Shown here: positions 29,216 to 43,657 of the stretch, in pieces
How the letters are laid out: each line of letters begins with the position of its first letter
How positions within the stretch are numbered: the first letter of the stretch is position 1
Assembly (NCBI GenBank): GCA_951406725.2
Contig: OX597816.1
Span: 152,954,001-153,018,000, forward strand
Source of the DNA: Octopus vulgaris
Taxonomy: Eukaryota
Direction of reading: 5' to 3'
DNA: 64,000 nucleotides
Notes under the pieces: model-generated
Seen by the model: the letters and a program-made list of their open reading frames with translations, nothing else
What the model was told of the DNA's origin: nothing
Databases searched by the model: none
Program-made: the position numbers and the translations under genes

Positions 29216-29606
29216 AGTTAACAAGAATTGTATTGGCATTTATACATTTAGGCAGGTTTAAAGGGGTGGTGGTGGGGGACTTTTTGGGGGTAGGCATAGC
29301 GCAAAAAATATCATACTTGGGGGAGTGGTCAAGGAGTCAGTGGTAAATTAGATAAAAGAATAAATAAAAGAATAAAAAAATAAAAAAATATATAGAAGAA
29401 TAGAGTTTTAGGTAAATAAGGAGATTCTCACTTATACCTATACACATATGTATACATATATACACACACACACACACATATACATACACACATACATACA
29501 CACACACATATGTATACATATATACACACACAGACACACATATACATACACACATACATACACACACACACATATATATATACACATATATATACATACA
29601 TATATC

Positions 29607-29646
<40 letters not shown>

Positions 29647-29802
29647 TATGCATATACATATACACACACACATGTATATATACACACACACACACAAAAA
29701 TATATACATACAACACACATACACATACACACACATATACACATACACACATGCACACACAACACACAAGTCCCTATATACACATATATACATATACACA
29801 TA

Positions 29803-29834
<32 letters not shown>

Positions 29835-30250
29835 CATATGTGTACCTATACATACCTACACATACACACATATATACATACAAATACAAACCCATTCCCT
29901 AATTTTAATTTTATTATCTTCATTTATTACTTTTGTTATCTTTGACCGCTGGTCACAAGCAACTTGGCTACGACAGCAAGTCCATTTATCTTTCTACTTG
30001 AACACAAGCACTCACTCACGCACGCACACTCATTAGCACGCACACTCACTCATTCGTACACTCATACACATACACGCACGCACGCGTTATATTCATACAT
30101 ACATACATCTACATACATTCACATATATACACATACGTACGCGTACCTACAGATTCATGTCTACACGCTTAGAAGACTAGTCTATACATATACACCAATA
30201 AATATATATACACGCATACATATACACCTACATACAAATACATACATATA

Positions 30251-30289
<39 letters not shown>

Positions 30290-30411
30290 CTATACATACA
30301 TACACCCATACATACATACATATATACACATACACACACCCACACGTATACATATACATACATATACGCGCATGCATACACATACATATACATACACATA
30401 CACATATATAT

Positions 30412-30454
<43 letters not shown>

Positions 30455-30789
30455 CATACATATACATACATACATATACATATATACACACACACATACA
30501 TACACATATACACATACACACACATACACATATACATGCGTACCCATACACACATGCGTAAAAGTATACATATATCTATACATATGCTTACACATACACA
30601 CACACACGCGCGCCTCCTTATATTCATACTTACATGCATACTCAAAAAATAAATAATAAAATATATATACGTGCAGTTATTCATATACATACAGTTATTC
30701 ATATACATACTCAAAAAATAAATAATAAATATTAAGTATATATACGTGCAGTTACCTATTATACAGACGGATACATACATATAAAACTT

Positions 30790-30842
<53 letters not shown>

Positions 30843-30983
30843 CTTACACATATGTACATATACATACACACATACATAACTCTACGTACCTACATATACA
30901 TAAACACACGAGCGTACACGTATATGTACATATACACATACACATACACACACATATATACATACATACATATACATACACAC

Positions 30984-31025
<42 letters not shown>

Positions 31026-31093
31026 ACACATATATATACATACATATACATACACACACATACACATAGACACACACACACATATATATATAT

Positions 31094-31125
<32 letters not shown>

Positions 31126-31132
31126 TATACAC

Positions 31133-31194
<62 letters not shown>

Positions 31195-31230
31195 ATGTGT
31201 GTGTATGTATATGTATGTATATATATGTGT

Positions 31231-31272
<42 letters not shown>

Positions 31273-31413
31273 GTGTGTATGTATATGTATGTATGTATAT
31301 ATGTGTGTGTATGTGTATGTGTATATGTACATATACGTGTACGCTCGTGTGTTTATGTATATGTAGGTACGTAGAGTTATGTATGTGTGTATGTATATGT
31401 ACATATGTGTAAG

Positions 31414-31464
<51 letters not shown>

Positions 31465-31771
31465 AAGTTTATATGTATGTATCCGTCTGTATAATAGGTA
31501 ACTGCACGTATATATATTTTATTATTTATTTTTTGAGTATGCATGTAAGTATGAACATAAGGAGGCGCGTGTGTGTGTGTGTATGTGTAAGCATATGTAT
31601 AGATATATGTATACTTTTACGCATGTGTGTACTTATGTGTATATATGGATGCGCGTGTGTGTGTGTGTGTATGGGTACGCATGTATATGTGTATGTGTGT
31701 GTATGTGTATATGTGTATGTATGTGTGTGTGTATATATGTATATGTATGTATGTATATGTATGTATGTGTA

Positions 31772-31802
<31 letters not shown>

Positions 31803-31934
31803 ATATATATGTGTATGTGTATGTATATGTATGTGTATGCATGCGCGTATATGTATGTATATGTATACGTGTGGGTGTGTGTATGTGTATATATGTATGT
31901 ATGTATGTGTATGTATGTATGTATAGTATGTATA

Positions 31935-31972
<38 letters not shown>

Positions 31973-32388
31973 TATATGTATGTATTTGTATGTAGGTGTA
32001 TATGTATGTGTGTATATATATTTATTGGTGTATATGTATAGACTAGTCTTCTAAGCGTGTAGACATGAATCTGTAGGTACGCGTACGTATGTGTATATAT
32101 GTGAATGTATGTAGATGTATGTATGTATGAATATAACGCGTGCGTGCGTGTATGTGTATGAGTGTACGAATGAGTGAGTGTGCGTGCTAATGAGTGTGCG
32201 TGCGTGAGTGAGTGCTTGTGTTCAAGTAGAAAGATAAATGGACTTGCTGTCGTAGCCAAGATGCTTGTGACCAGCGGTCAAAGATAACAAAAGTAATAAA
32301 TGAAGATAATAAAATTAAAATTAGGGAATGGATTTGTATTTGTATGTATATATGTGTGTATGTGTAGGTATGTATAGGTACACATATG

Positions 32389-32420
<32 letters not shown>

Positions 32421-32602
32421 TATATGTGTATATGTATATATGTGTATATAGGGACTTATGTGTTGTGTGTGCATGTGTGTATGTGGATATGTGTGTGTAT
32501 GTGTATGTGTGTGTATGTATATATTTTTTTGTGTGTATATGTATGTGTGGTCGTGTGTGTATATATACATGTGTGTGTGTATATGTATATGCATATATAT
32601 GT

Positions 32603-32643
<41 letters not shown>

Positions 32644-33033
32644 GATATATGTATGTATATATATATGTGTATATATATATGTGTGTGTGTGTATGTATGT
32701 GTGTATGTATATGTGTGTGTGTGTGTATATGTATACATATGTGTGTGTGTGTGTGTATGTATGTGTGTATGTATATGTATGTGTGTGTATATATGTATAC
32801 ATATGTGTATAGGTATAAGTGAGAATCTCCTTATTTACCTAAAACTCTATTCTTCTATATATTTTTTTATTTTTTTATTCTTTTATTTATTCTTTTATCT
32901 AATTTACCACTGACTCCTTGACCACTCCCCCAAGTATGATATTTTTGCGCTATGCCTACCCCCAAAAAGTCCCCCACCACCACCCCTTTAAACCTGCCTA
33001 AATGTATAAATGCCAATACAATTCTTGTTAACT

Positions 33034-33084
33034 AGCTTCCTGAAGATTTCTCTTGAATGAAACAGTTCTAGTCCTGTAGAAGCT
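33034..33084 (+). ncRNA. Type I hammerhead ribozyme motif (right arm)
   Basis: Identical to the 29165-29215 motif; predicted cleavage after GUA at 33078; stem II closes with U-U. Confidence 0.7.
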
Positions 33085-33167
33085 CCTTCTATATAATAAA
33101 TTATTTTTACTCTGCTATGTATTCAGTACCTTATTTACTGTGGTTAACCCCGAATCAACCCGGGACC

Positions 33168-33201
<34 letters not shown>

Positions 33202-33202
<1 letters not shown>

Positions 33203-34316
33203 TAGCAGTATCACCCGGTGTTGCTTGGGTTTGTTTCGACACTTTAGAATTGGAATTTTTGAAAAGTAAAAATTTTGCATCATGCAACTTGTTATTCTCT
33301 TCAAGTGAACATTTTTCCAGTTGAAATACACCGAAAAATGGTGACAGCAGTCAAAAATCGTAAAAAAATAGGGATTTTCATAGTAAAAAGCACTTTTTTT
33401 ATGTAAATAAATTTTGGCGTTAACATGGTCCGATTTGAATTTTATCTTCTACAGAATGAAGAGCAAGCCTTCTTCTATCATACTCTCAATTTTGGTCAAC
33501 TTGCGCTGCAGGGTCGCAAAGGAGATAGTGTTAGTTGAAGGCTACCAAACCTGCCGCACACAGACAACTTCAGCTTTATATATATAGATTTTCTACACAC
33601 TACTTTCCATCCTTAATAATGAAACTTGGTAGATCCAAAAGTTAAACACACAGACACACACACAGATACACACCCAGACACACAAGTTGAGTTTTATATA
33701 TATAGATTTCCCAACAGGGATTTCAGGGGAGAGTTTCAGGGAGTCGCTGGCGATGTATCGTGACGATCAAAAATCCGGCCTGCTAAAATTTGGTTAAAGT
33801 AATTCAAACTGCAGACTCAACGCAAAACGGTCACATTTAATTCAAAGCGTTAAAAATGTTATGAAAACAATTGGTATGTGTTCACAAAGTCCAAACAATT
33901 TATACGAAAAAATCCTCCAGGCTACATCCCGAAAATTCATTTCTTTGCCGAATTTCTACAATGTTTACGGCGATTCGTTTTTATATCTTGATTTTTTATT
34001 TTTCATGCAATTTACGCATGCTTGCACGCGTGGTGAACACAGTTCACGTCAAACAGTTGACTGAGTAAAGTTCACTATTCAATGCATGGGATAAGGCCTA
34101 AACAAACACATTATCGAATTTTGCACTTGCGAGATGAATTTCGGAACAGAAATAGCGCAGTTCAATTTTCATTCGCCTAAACTTTAAGTGACCCATTGTT
34201 TGTGGTTCTACGATTTGTTGGCTAAGAGGAGATGTGCCGGGAAGTTAAACAAACAGACACACACACAGATACACACACAGACACACAAGTTGAGTTTATA
34301 TATATATATATATATA

Positions 34317-34318
<2 letters not shown>
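33202..34318 (-). mobile_element. Non-autonomous Helitron with one 3' end and three stacked 5'-type ends
   Basis: CTAG plus hairpin at 33202-33230 as at 9208; TCTATATATATAAA-type 5' ends at 33588 and 33707, and a third related end merging into (TA)n near 34300-34318; the 33640 and 34243 blocks are near-identical. Confidence 0.65.
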
Positions 34319-34374
<56 letters not shown>

Positions 34375-35666
34375 GCTACATTGAGGTTATTAGTTTAAAG
34401 CAAGTTTAAGAATACCAACGGAATATTTACTTATGATTGTTGAGAGTAAAGACAAATATATTTTTTAAAATATATATGTTGCTTTATTCTAAATATTGTA
34501 GAATTTCTCCTGAAGATCGCCAACCTTAACTTCAGATTCGCGATACAAGCTCATAGTTTCAGTTTCAGTTTCAAGAGAAAAAATTTCAGATTTTGTAACG
34601 GAAACAAATACGTCTCTTAAACAAGTAAGAGAAAGAAAGGCAGATCATCTAGTTATGTATAGCAAGAAGCGGAAAGAAAATAATTAGAAATAACACTATC
34701 TAAGATGTGAGGATATTTCATTCACATGTCAAGGGAAGACGACTAGAGATATGGTCCTGCTTTTAAAAGCGAAAACGGGGAGAAGGGACACGTCGAGTTG
34801 GTATGTTACGTACCAATCCACACACTAGTACTGAAACACTTAAGTGAACGAGATACGAAAGGGACAAAAATATTTAAAATATTTACAATGGATATTGATG
34901 TTTGGTTTGTCACCCCCTTGTGATTCATTATGAACCGTATCGAAATAGTTTAGGGTGACATGTGTTCAAGTAGAGTCTCAATGAATGTAAAAGTACTTAG
35001 AACACCTGAAAGTTACAGAACCATTATGGTACTGTTTCCTCAAGGTTGCGAAAGAAAAGGCCATGAAACTGGTGATTCAGACGAGAAATCTCAGTTAGTA
35101 CACTTATGTGAGGGAAAAATTAAGTGTTTTCTGCTCTGATGAACTCGAAAACAACAGAGAAAAACAGAATAAGAGACACTAATGCTAACACTAGCCTGCA
35201 CTCTTGGGTGGGAGGTATGCTTTTATTACTTTTATGAATGTGAATTAAATTATCTTGACTCGATTTATCACATTTTGTCCTCTTCATATTTTGTATCTTC
35301 ACATGTATTATAACCCATTTTGCAAGACTAGTTTATTATTCATATGGCCAATGAAGAAAGAATAACTTTTCTTGTTTTTGTTGCTATTTATTTTAGAATA
35401 TAGATAACAAATCGGAGGAAGGCGTTGTACTTTTCACTGCGTCCCTTTAAGTTCTAAATTTGAAATCCCACCGGGGTGGACTTCACCTTTCATTCATTTG
35501 TAATCGATGCTAACAATGTATTGCGAATGGACCCAATCCCTAATAAATTTTATTGATCATGTACCAGTATTAGAAAACATTACACACGTGTGCGTGCACA
35601 CACACATACATACACATACACACACAAAACACACACATATGCATGTTTGTATACATATATGTATTA

Positions 35667-35670
<4 letters not shown>

Positions 35671-35722
<52 letters not shown>
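35671..35722. repeat. (TAG)n microsatellite
   Basis: Direct inspection. Confidence 0.95.
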
Positions 35723-36824
35723 GCAGGAAGAAAATTCCAAAGGGGTGAAGATCTGAGAGGGGAGAAACTGCGAATGTGACATTCATGTTTTTCCTAAAAG
35801 CACTAACAGAGTAAATGATACAGCTACGGTTTGGCATCAGACCTGGCCAACAGAAAAATACGTCTTTCTTCGGTGCTTCTTTTTATGGGTTTTCGTTATG
35901 ACATCAAAATCGTTCCAATACTAAGTATTAAGTTGTAACGACTTGTCTTACTATCTGCTATCGTAAAAAGTGCTTTTAAATTCCTTTTGGTTTTATTTTG
36001 AATAGGCACAAAGCCCACATGATGCGAATGAAAGCTGCGATATCCATATATTCGCAGACGATTTACCGCAAAAATGAAGTTAAATAACCCTCAAAACTAT
36101 ATGGAAATAAGAATACAGATTCAGCTTACATGATATTTGCCTCTACAGTGATTGACGTATTGAATTAACTGAATGGATAAGTTATTGAGTCAGTTGCACA
36201 AGGACTATGAATTAGTATCCACTCCAGGCAATCCGTTACCAAAATATGAACAGTCCCTGTTCTTTATTTCGGACTATTAAGTGACAAACATCGACATCCC
36301 ATGTCATGTCCTTTGGCTTTATGGGGTGTTATAAATCCACATACGTGGTACTAGTTATCATTTCCAGATATGTATTATCGGAAACACGACCAAATATTTT
36401 AGTAAGGAATTTTTGTGTTTATTTTTTTATTAGTCCTTTTTATATTGCACGTTTCTTAATTAGGTTTATTCGGAACAATATATATACTAGTTCCATCAAT
36501 GATTTAGGATTTCCCAGCTTTATCTTCTGGCTGTGGTTATTGCGTTTTATTGTAAGTGACGATCATGAGAAATTTGTTGCGACTCTTTCCCATCCGATAT
36601 ATTTGGAACGATGACGTCAGGTTTCCTTCAACAAAATGACAAAAAATAATTAAACACCCTTACGAATGAGAAAAAACTAAAGACCGTTCCCATGATTCTC
36701 ACTTGCAATAAAATGGCATTAACAACCGCTGTGAATCTTTGAACTATTGAGGTAATTCGAACATGCGTTGCTCTGAAGTGATTATAAAGAATTAATAAAA
36801 CAAATATATTAAAATTCATTTTCA

Positions 36825-37070
36825 TCTCTCTATATATATAAAACTGAGAATGTGTGTGTGTGTGTGTCTGTCTGTCTGTGTGTTTCCCTAAAACTTGAGA
36901 ACTACACAACCAATTTCGTTCAAGGTTTACACATGCCTTACTTAGGGTCCATGTAGTGTCATGGGCAAAAAGATTTCTAACTTCTTGCCTAGGGCGAGCC
37001 CACAGCAATATCATATCTTCTCCACTATTTCAGTCTTACATGTTAAAAGTGAAACAAAAACATCTCTCTG
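36825..37070 (+). mobile_element. Helitron-type 5' end fragment
   Basis: A|TCTCTCTATATATATAAAACTGAGAATGTGTG..., same 5' signature as the minus-strand Helitron ends. Confidence 0.55.
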
Positions 37071-37084
37071 TTGTATGAATATGG

Positions 37085-37136
<52 letters not shown>

Positions 37137-37333
37137 ATGTATAAATGTCTGTATATACATGTATATATATAGCTGTATATGTATAGATGTATTTCTATGG
37201 ATATACATGTATGTGTATACATCTATGTCAAGATGTATATATATATAGATAGATGCACATGTAATATGTACACATTTATATACACATATATATACACCCA
37301 TACACACATACACACCCACACACACATACATAA

Positions 37334-37640
37334 GTGCAGGTATGACTGTGTGGTAACAAACTTGGTTCTAAACACATGGCCTTCAGTTCAGTCCCACTGT
37401 GTGGTAACTTGGCATGTGTCTTCTGCTATAGCCTGAGACCAACCAAAGCCTTGTCAGTGAATTTTGTAGACAGAAACTGAAAGAAATCAATTGTATGTAT
37501 ATGTAAGTATATATGTAAGTCTATGTGTGTGTCTTTGTGTTTCTCCCTCATCACTGCTTCACAACTGGTGTCGTTTATTTACATCCCCATAACTTACTGG
37601 TTTCACAAGAAGAAACTAATAGAATAAGTACCAGGTTTAT
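37334..37640 (+). mobile_element. tRNA-derived CORE-type SINE, family B (diverged)
   Basis: Homologous to 57774-58153: tgtgtggtaa...gttcagtcccactg...tgtcttctgctatagcc...gtagacagaaactgaaagaa. Confidence 0.75.
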
Positions 37641-37714
37641 CAAAATATAAAACAGCACTACGAAGTGTCTCATATTTTTGTTTGCCCACTCAGTTGTATC
37701 TATCAACTTATCTT

Positions 37715-37748
<34 letters not shown>

Positions 37749-37759
37749 CGTGTATACAT

Positions 37760-40700
37760 ATCATCATCATCATCATCATTTAGTCCGTTTTCCATGCTAG
37801 CATGGGTTGGACGGTTCAACTGAGGTCTGGGAAGTCAGAAGGCTGCACCAGGCCCAGTCTGATCTGGCAATGTTTCTACGGCTGGATGCCCTTCCTAACG
37901 CCAACCACTCCGTGAGTGTAGTGGGTGCTTTTTACGTGCCACCGGCACGGAGGTCCGTCGGGGCGGCGCTGACAACGGCCACGTTCGGATAGTTCGCTTA
38001 CGTGCCACCGGCACTGGTATCGCAGCTACAATTTTCATTGATGTTGATCGATTTCGATTTTGATTCTGATTCTCACTTGCCTCAACAGGTCTTCACAAGT
38101 AGAGTTTTGTGTCCCAAGAAGGAAAGGTATGCATAAGTGGACTGGCTACATCCCAGGTAGAAGCCATGGGTTATGGTCTCACTTGTCCTGCTTAGGTCCA
38201 ACTTTTCTCTCAAGGTACTTACACTCTGTCGAGTATGAACACTGACATTACACATCCATCGGAGCATACTGGCTTCATTTCTTGCGAGCTTACGCATATC
38301 CTCAGCAGTCACGGCCCATATTTCACTACCATGTAGCATGGCTGTTCGTACACATGCATCATGCAGTCACCCTTTTACTCTGAGAGAGAGGCCTTTTGTC
38401 ACCAGCAGGGGTAAGAGCTCTCTGAACTTTGTCCAGGCTATTCTTACTCTAGCAGTTATACTTTCAGCACACCCACCCCCGCTACTGACTTGGTCACCTA
38501 GGTAACGGAAGCTATCAACTATTTCTAGTTTTTCTCCCTGGAATGTGGTGGAAGTTGGTCTCTGCGCATTATCAGTGTTTATTGCTCCTGAGCATCTGCC
38601 ACATACAAAAACTATTTTCCTAGTTAGCCTTCCTTTGACATTGCTGCACCTCTTATGTGTCCATAGCTTACACTTGGTGCATCTTATAGAATTTCTACCT
38701 ACGCCTTTTCTACAGATCGAGCAGGGCCATCTACCTGAAGGCGTTTGTGATTTGTCTACCTTTCTACTTATAAGGACTTTGGTTTTAGCTAGGTTAACTC
38801 TAAGGCCCTTCAATTCTAATCCTTGCTTCCACACCTGAAACTTCTCCTCTAGTTCTGATAGTGACTCAGCAATTAGAGCAAAGTCATCAGCATAGAGGAG
38901 CTCCCAGGGGCATCCTGTCTTGAATTCCTCCGTTATTGCCTGGAGGACTATGATAAATAGGAGGGGGCTGAGGACTGAACCTTGGTGGACCCCAACCTCT
39001 ACCCGGAATTCTTCACTGTACTCGTTGCCAACCCTCACCTTACTGGCAGCGTCCCTGTACATTGGCTCGCACAGCTCTCACTAACCATTCATCTATCCCT
39101 AGTTTCCTCATTGACCACCAGATAAGGGATCGGGGGACCTTGTCGAAGGCTTTCTCCATGTCAACAAAAGCCAGGTACAGGGGCTTACCTTTGGCTAGGT
39201 ATTTCTCCTGCAGCTGTCTTACCAGGAATATAGCATCAGTAGTACTTTTCCCTGGCACGAACCCAAACTGCATCTCATCTAAACTAACTCTCTCTCTAAT
39301 TAGTTGGGCTATGACCCTCTCCGTAACCTTCATTACCTGATCCAACAGCTTGATACCCTTATAGTTATTTGTATCTAGGGCGTCACCTTTACATTTGTAG
39401 CAGTTGACTATTATGCTGCTACACCAGTCATTGGGAATGACTCCTTCATCTATCACCTGACACTTCCAGATATTTTGAGCATCTCTGCAGTAATTCCTGA
39501 TGGGCCTGGGGCTTTCCTTGTCTTCATGCTTCTAATTGCCTTAACTACCAAGGAACTATCAACTCGGATAGCTGGTCCCTCTGTTGGGTCGACATTCAGC
39601 AGGCTCTCTTTATCCCATTGATTTTCTTGATTCAGCAACCTTTCATAGTGACGTCTCCATACCTCTCTCTTTGCATCCTCATTTAGAGCAAGTGAACCAT
39701 CATCCATACTAACACATTTCTCTCCTACCACATCACGATTCTCTCTCACACACTGTCTTGCAACACGAAATGCCTCAAGTCTTTCATCCTCACGGCGCAG
39801 AACATTGGCAAATTTTTTCTTATCTGCTTCCCCTCTGGCTAAATACACCTGCCTCCTAGCTTCCCTTCTGGCAGTCTGATATACTTCTCTGCTACCACCG
39901 TTCTTCCAGTCCTTCCAAGCCTGTTTCTTTTGTCTAATAGCCCTGTCAACAATATTGTTCCACCACCACGTTATTTTGGGTCTTGAGGGGACTTTGCACC
40001 AACCACAGATCTGGTCAGTGGCTCTCAGCAGGTTGTCCCTTAGAGACCTCCAGTTGTCTTCTACCCCATGTGAAGCTATATCCCCTTCTATTTTGTCAAA
40101 GGCTTCAAGTAATATGTCTCTAAATTTCTGTCCATTCGCAGGATCTTTAAGCTTCCAGACCCTTCTTCTCCATGTTGGTCGTCTTCTGGTCGTCCTCTTA
40201 GTCCTGATCCTAAAGTCACTAACTACCAGTCTATGTTGTGGGGTACATTCTTCGCCTGGGAAGGTTTTGGCATTTACAAGCAGCCATCTTTCCCTTTTTC
40301 TGGCAAGGATATAGTCGATTTGGCTAGTATGTCGGCCCGATCGGTAGATGACTAGGTGGCTGGTAGGTTTCCTGAAGTTAGTGTTGCAAACCATAAGACT
40401 ATTCGCATCGCAGAACTCCAGCAGCCTGGTTCCCTCCTCGTTGCGGGAACCATAACCGTAGCCTCCATGTACACCATGGAAGCCCTCAGCATGTCGTCCA
40501 ACATGCCCATTGAAGTCCCCAGCCACAAAGAGAAGGTCCCTGTCATTCGTCGAAGACGTAGTCTGCAGTAGGGTGTCATAGAATCGGTCTTTCTGTCCAT
40601 CGGGTAGCCCTGGCTAAGGGGCATAGGCCGATATAATGGTTGCTAATCCATGATGAAGCACTAATCTAATCTTAAGTATTCTGTTGCATACTCTGACTAC

Positions 40701-40794
40701 CTCAATTACCTTATCTACCCATTTTCAGCGATAAGTATACCCACACCCCCGACCCCGTCAGTGTTCCCAGCCCAGAAAATCTTGTACCTGTGTT
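37760..40794 (-). mobile_element. RTE-clade LINE, slightly 5'-truncated, with (ATG)n tail; ORF disrupted
   Basis: APE endonuclease (GVGIL, AGDFNGH, IDYIL), RT (QFGF, VHQGSVLSPLLF, YADD), PHD-like insert CSIC...CTKC..WTHKRC; breaks at ~39455, ~39062 and 38367; internal deletion near 38190; (CAT)n at 37760-37779. Confidence 0.93.
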
Positions 40795-40807
40795 ATATAC
40801 ATATATG

Positions 40808-40863
<56 letters not shown>

Positions 40864-41339
40864 ACATAGTTCTTGAACCGGTACTTCAAGTAAAGACTAG
40901 GGTAGGGTAACTGACTGCTTATTGTGATCATTCGTCTTTTGGTTTCCTGTAGCTTTGCTCTCTTTTACAAACCCAGTGAACATATATTTCCTATTTCAAA
41001 GAAATTCAAACAATAGATATAACACCCAAGTTAAAAAGATTTTCTACAATTCATCTTTTCTCGTTGACATTAAGATGCCCATCCCCAACCGGGGCCTTTA
41101 CTCTCACATTTTAGAGCTCCATGACCTTCATTTTTTAGGAGCAAAATCTTTTTAACAGGTTCAATAACACTGGAATTTTGGAATATGCGCATAAGAATGA
41201 GTAGTATGGGATACATGTGGCTCGATTACAAATTTTTTAGGGTGTGTAAAGAGGGAAATAACCTTCATCTGCAATTTTGATGAAATTCGAAACATAGATA
41301 TTCCAGTTCATTACAGAAAATATAACAGAAAAGTCTAAT

Positions 41340-41383
41340 TCTTCAATTGAATCTAACCGGGCAACGCCGGGTATCTCTGCTAG
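41340..41383 (+). mobile_element. Helitron 3' end
   Basis: aaccgggcaacgccggg hairpin followed by CTAG|T. Confidence 0.65.
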
Positions 41384-42439
41384 TTTAGAATAAATGTCTA
41401 AAAGAAAAGCTGTTCCTCGTACATGCAAATATTTATGTGTGTGTGTGTGTGTGTGTGTGTTAGAGAGAGAGAGAGGGGGAGAGAATGAGAGAGTATGTGT
41501 GGTATAAAAATATATATAATATATAATTTAATAATATATGTAACAAAGTACTCAATATAAATATAATTTATGAGATGATATTTTAAATTGCTTGATAGTT
41601 GAATAGAAGAAATATAATCAAAACTAGATTATGGACCTAGAATCTCAGATTTTCTTCAATAGTACATTATACAGATGTGGGAACAGACAATAGTACAGTA
41701 TATAGATGTGGGAACAGTCTCCCAAAATGTTAAACATTTGGATATTCAAGTCCAAGAATGTTCCTGACGTCATTTCATACAAAATTTATATCATTGCTAA
41801 AATCATAGCAAAACAATATCGTAGCTACAGTGGGTAGATAACATAATATTTTGTAGATGAAACATGTGCATTTTTTGACACATATAAGAAAGTGTTCTAT
41901 ATAAGTTGATATATATGAAATAATTTTATAAGAATTAATAGCTAAGTATATGAAACAGTAGCCATGCCTGTATATCTTATTTCAGTTTAGGGATACTTTC
42001 TGTATTTATATTACTTTTACACGTATAACTAAAAGGAAAAAACTCAAGAAATTAAAATCGTGTCATACATATTAAGGTAAATGTATGCATATATTAAATA
42101 CATCTTCTCCGGACACACAGAGATGTTTCCAGCAGGTAGTAAAGAAGATGCCATAACAGAAACATACTTCTTATATACAAAACTGATGAAGTAAAGAAAC
42201 TAACATCAGAAAAAATGGGAAAACCGGAAAATATAGAAAATTCTGTTGAGGACTATTTGCTAGAAAAGCAATTATAAAAAGCGGTCTAATTATCGAAATT
42301 AACATTACAAGGTTTTTAATTTAGAATCAACTTAGATAATTAAATTTTTTTGCGAATATATGTAGTTATCTCGATATATATATGTGTGTGTGTGAGTGTG
42401 TGTATGCATGCATGTATGTATGTTTGTATGTATATATAT

Positions 42440-42496
<57 letters not shown>

Positions 42497-43657
42497 ACGT
42501 ACGTACGTATGTATGTATGTATGTATGTATGTATGTATGTATGTATGTATGTATGTATGTATGTATGTATGTATGCATGTATGTATGTATGCATGTATGT
42601 AAGGCGAATAGGTACAGTCATTATGGTGCCTGATAGACTGATTGTGACATTTGTCCCAACCTTCTGCAATTTGAGTTCAAATCTTGCAGGATCAACTTTG
42701 CCTGCCATCTTTTCGTGTGGCTATGAAAATGTACCAATCCAAAGCGATAGATTGGGGGAATTGCAAGAACGTTCGACAGGATGGCTTGCGTTATTCATTC
42801 CGGCTCTTTGCTTTTGGAATTCAAATTCCAAAGAAGTTATATGTGCAGATTCTAATGGTGGTATTGATCACTTCGCATACTACCATCTAAGAAGCTACAA
42901 TCCTTCAATATGACATTGAAAAAGCGGCTGAAGACATTATCTTTATCCCAGGTCTCAAAGACAACACCTATGCTACAATCAAGAAAGCTCATTAATCACA
43001 ATGAAATAAAAACCCTTAAAATCTATTGAGTCCTTAGTTTTCTCAGGAAGTAACATCGCATCTAAAGAAAATTTACAGAAGTTCGTTTCACCAAAGAATG
43101 TGCTCAGGGTACTTGTAAAGACCACTATACTCTTCCCCAACACTCACTAAATAAAAAATGTGAACTATTTTTTGATGGCTTCAATGTAATCTAATAGTCA
43201 TTGCTACTTGATTTTCCTAAAAGAAATTTCTTCCTTGCGACTGTGGAATCAGTGCCATTATAAGAGTATGAAGTAAAGACATAATGGTGCTTACACCCAC
43301 ATGTTCTGAATATTTAATTGGAAAATCATTAAACAAACACATACCTTTTACAAGAAATCATATTAGTAAAACACTTTTATGGACACGGTCACACTTCTTA
43401 TATACTAACGGCTCAGCTGTTCATTAGAAACCTTCACCGACTAACTCTGTACAAACACGGTATGTTCACATCGGGCTTATGCGACTAAATTTAACCTGTT
43501 GAGAAATAGCTGAAACTTTAAAGGTTCATATGTAAAACACACACGTGCATAGGAATGAATATCAGTGTATTTGTATGCATATATCATTTAATACAACCGA
43601 CTTCGGTTGATTCTTTGACTGTTTCTTGATTTATACGATATCATTATGTTATGTATA

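Larger units (their letters stand above)
29149..33170. repeat. ~4 kb imperfect palindrome (arms ~1.95 kb, centre in (TA)n ~31090-31180) with an HHR-bearing unique sequence at each end
   Basis: 29149-29450 is the reverse complement of ~32800-33100; unique islands at 29890-30010, 30150-30200, 30610-30790 and 30870-30920 are mirrored; near-identical [10 protein letters not shown] ORFs on opposite strands. Confidence 0.95.

Noticed and set aside
29964-32259. Duplicated [15 protein letters not shown] ORFs on opposite strands
   Set aside because: By-product of the palindrome; non-ATG start and low complexity
35950-36780. Possible decayed DNA transposase on the minus strand
   Set aside because: Only isolated 4-6 residue motif resemblances; no TIRs found
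41560-42330. Possible ancient RT relic (YFVDETCAFF)
   Set aside because: Single motif in AT-rich DNA, compatible with chance
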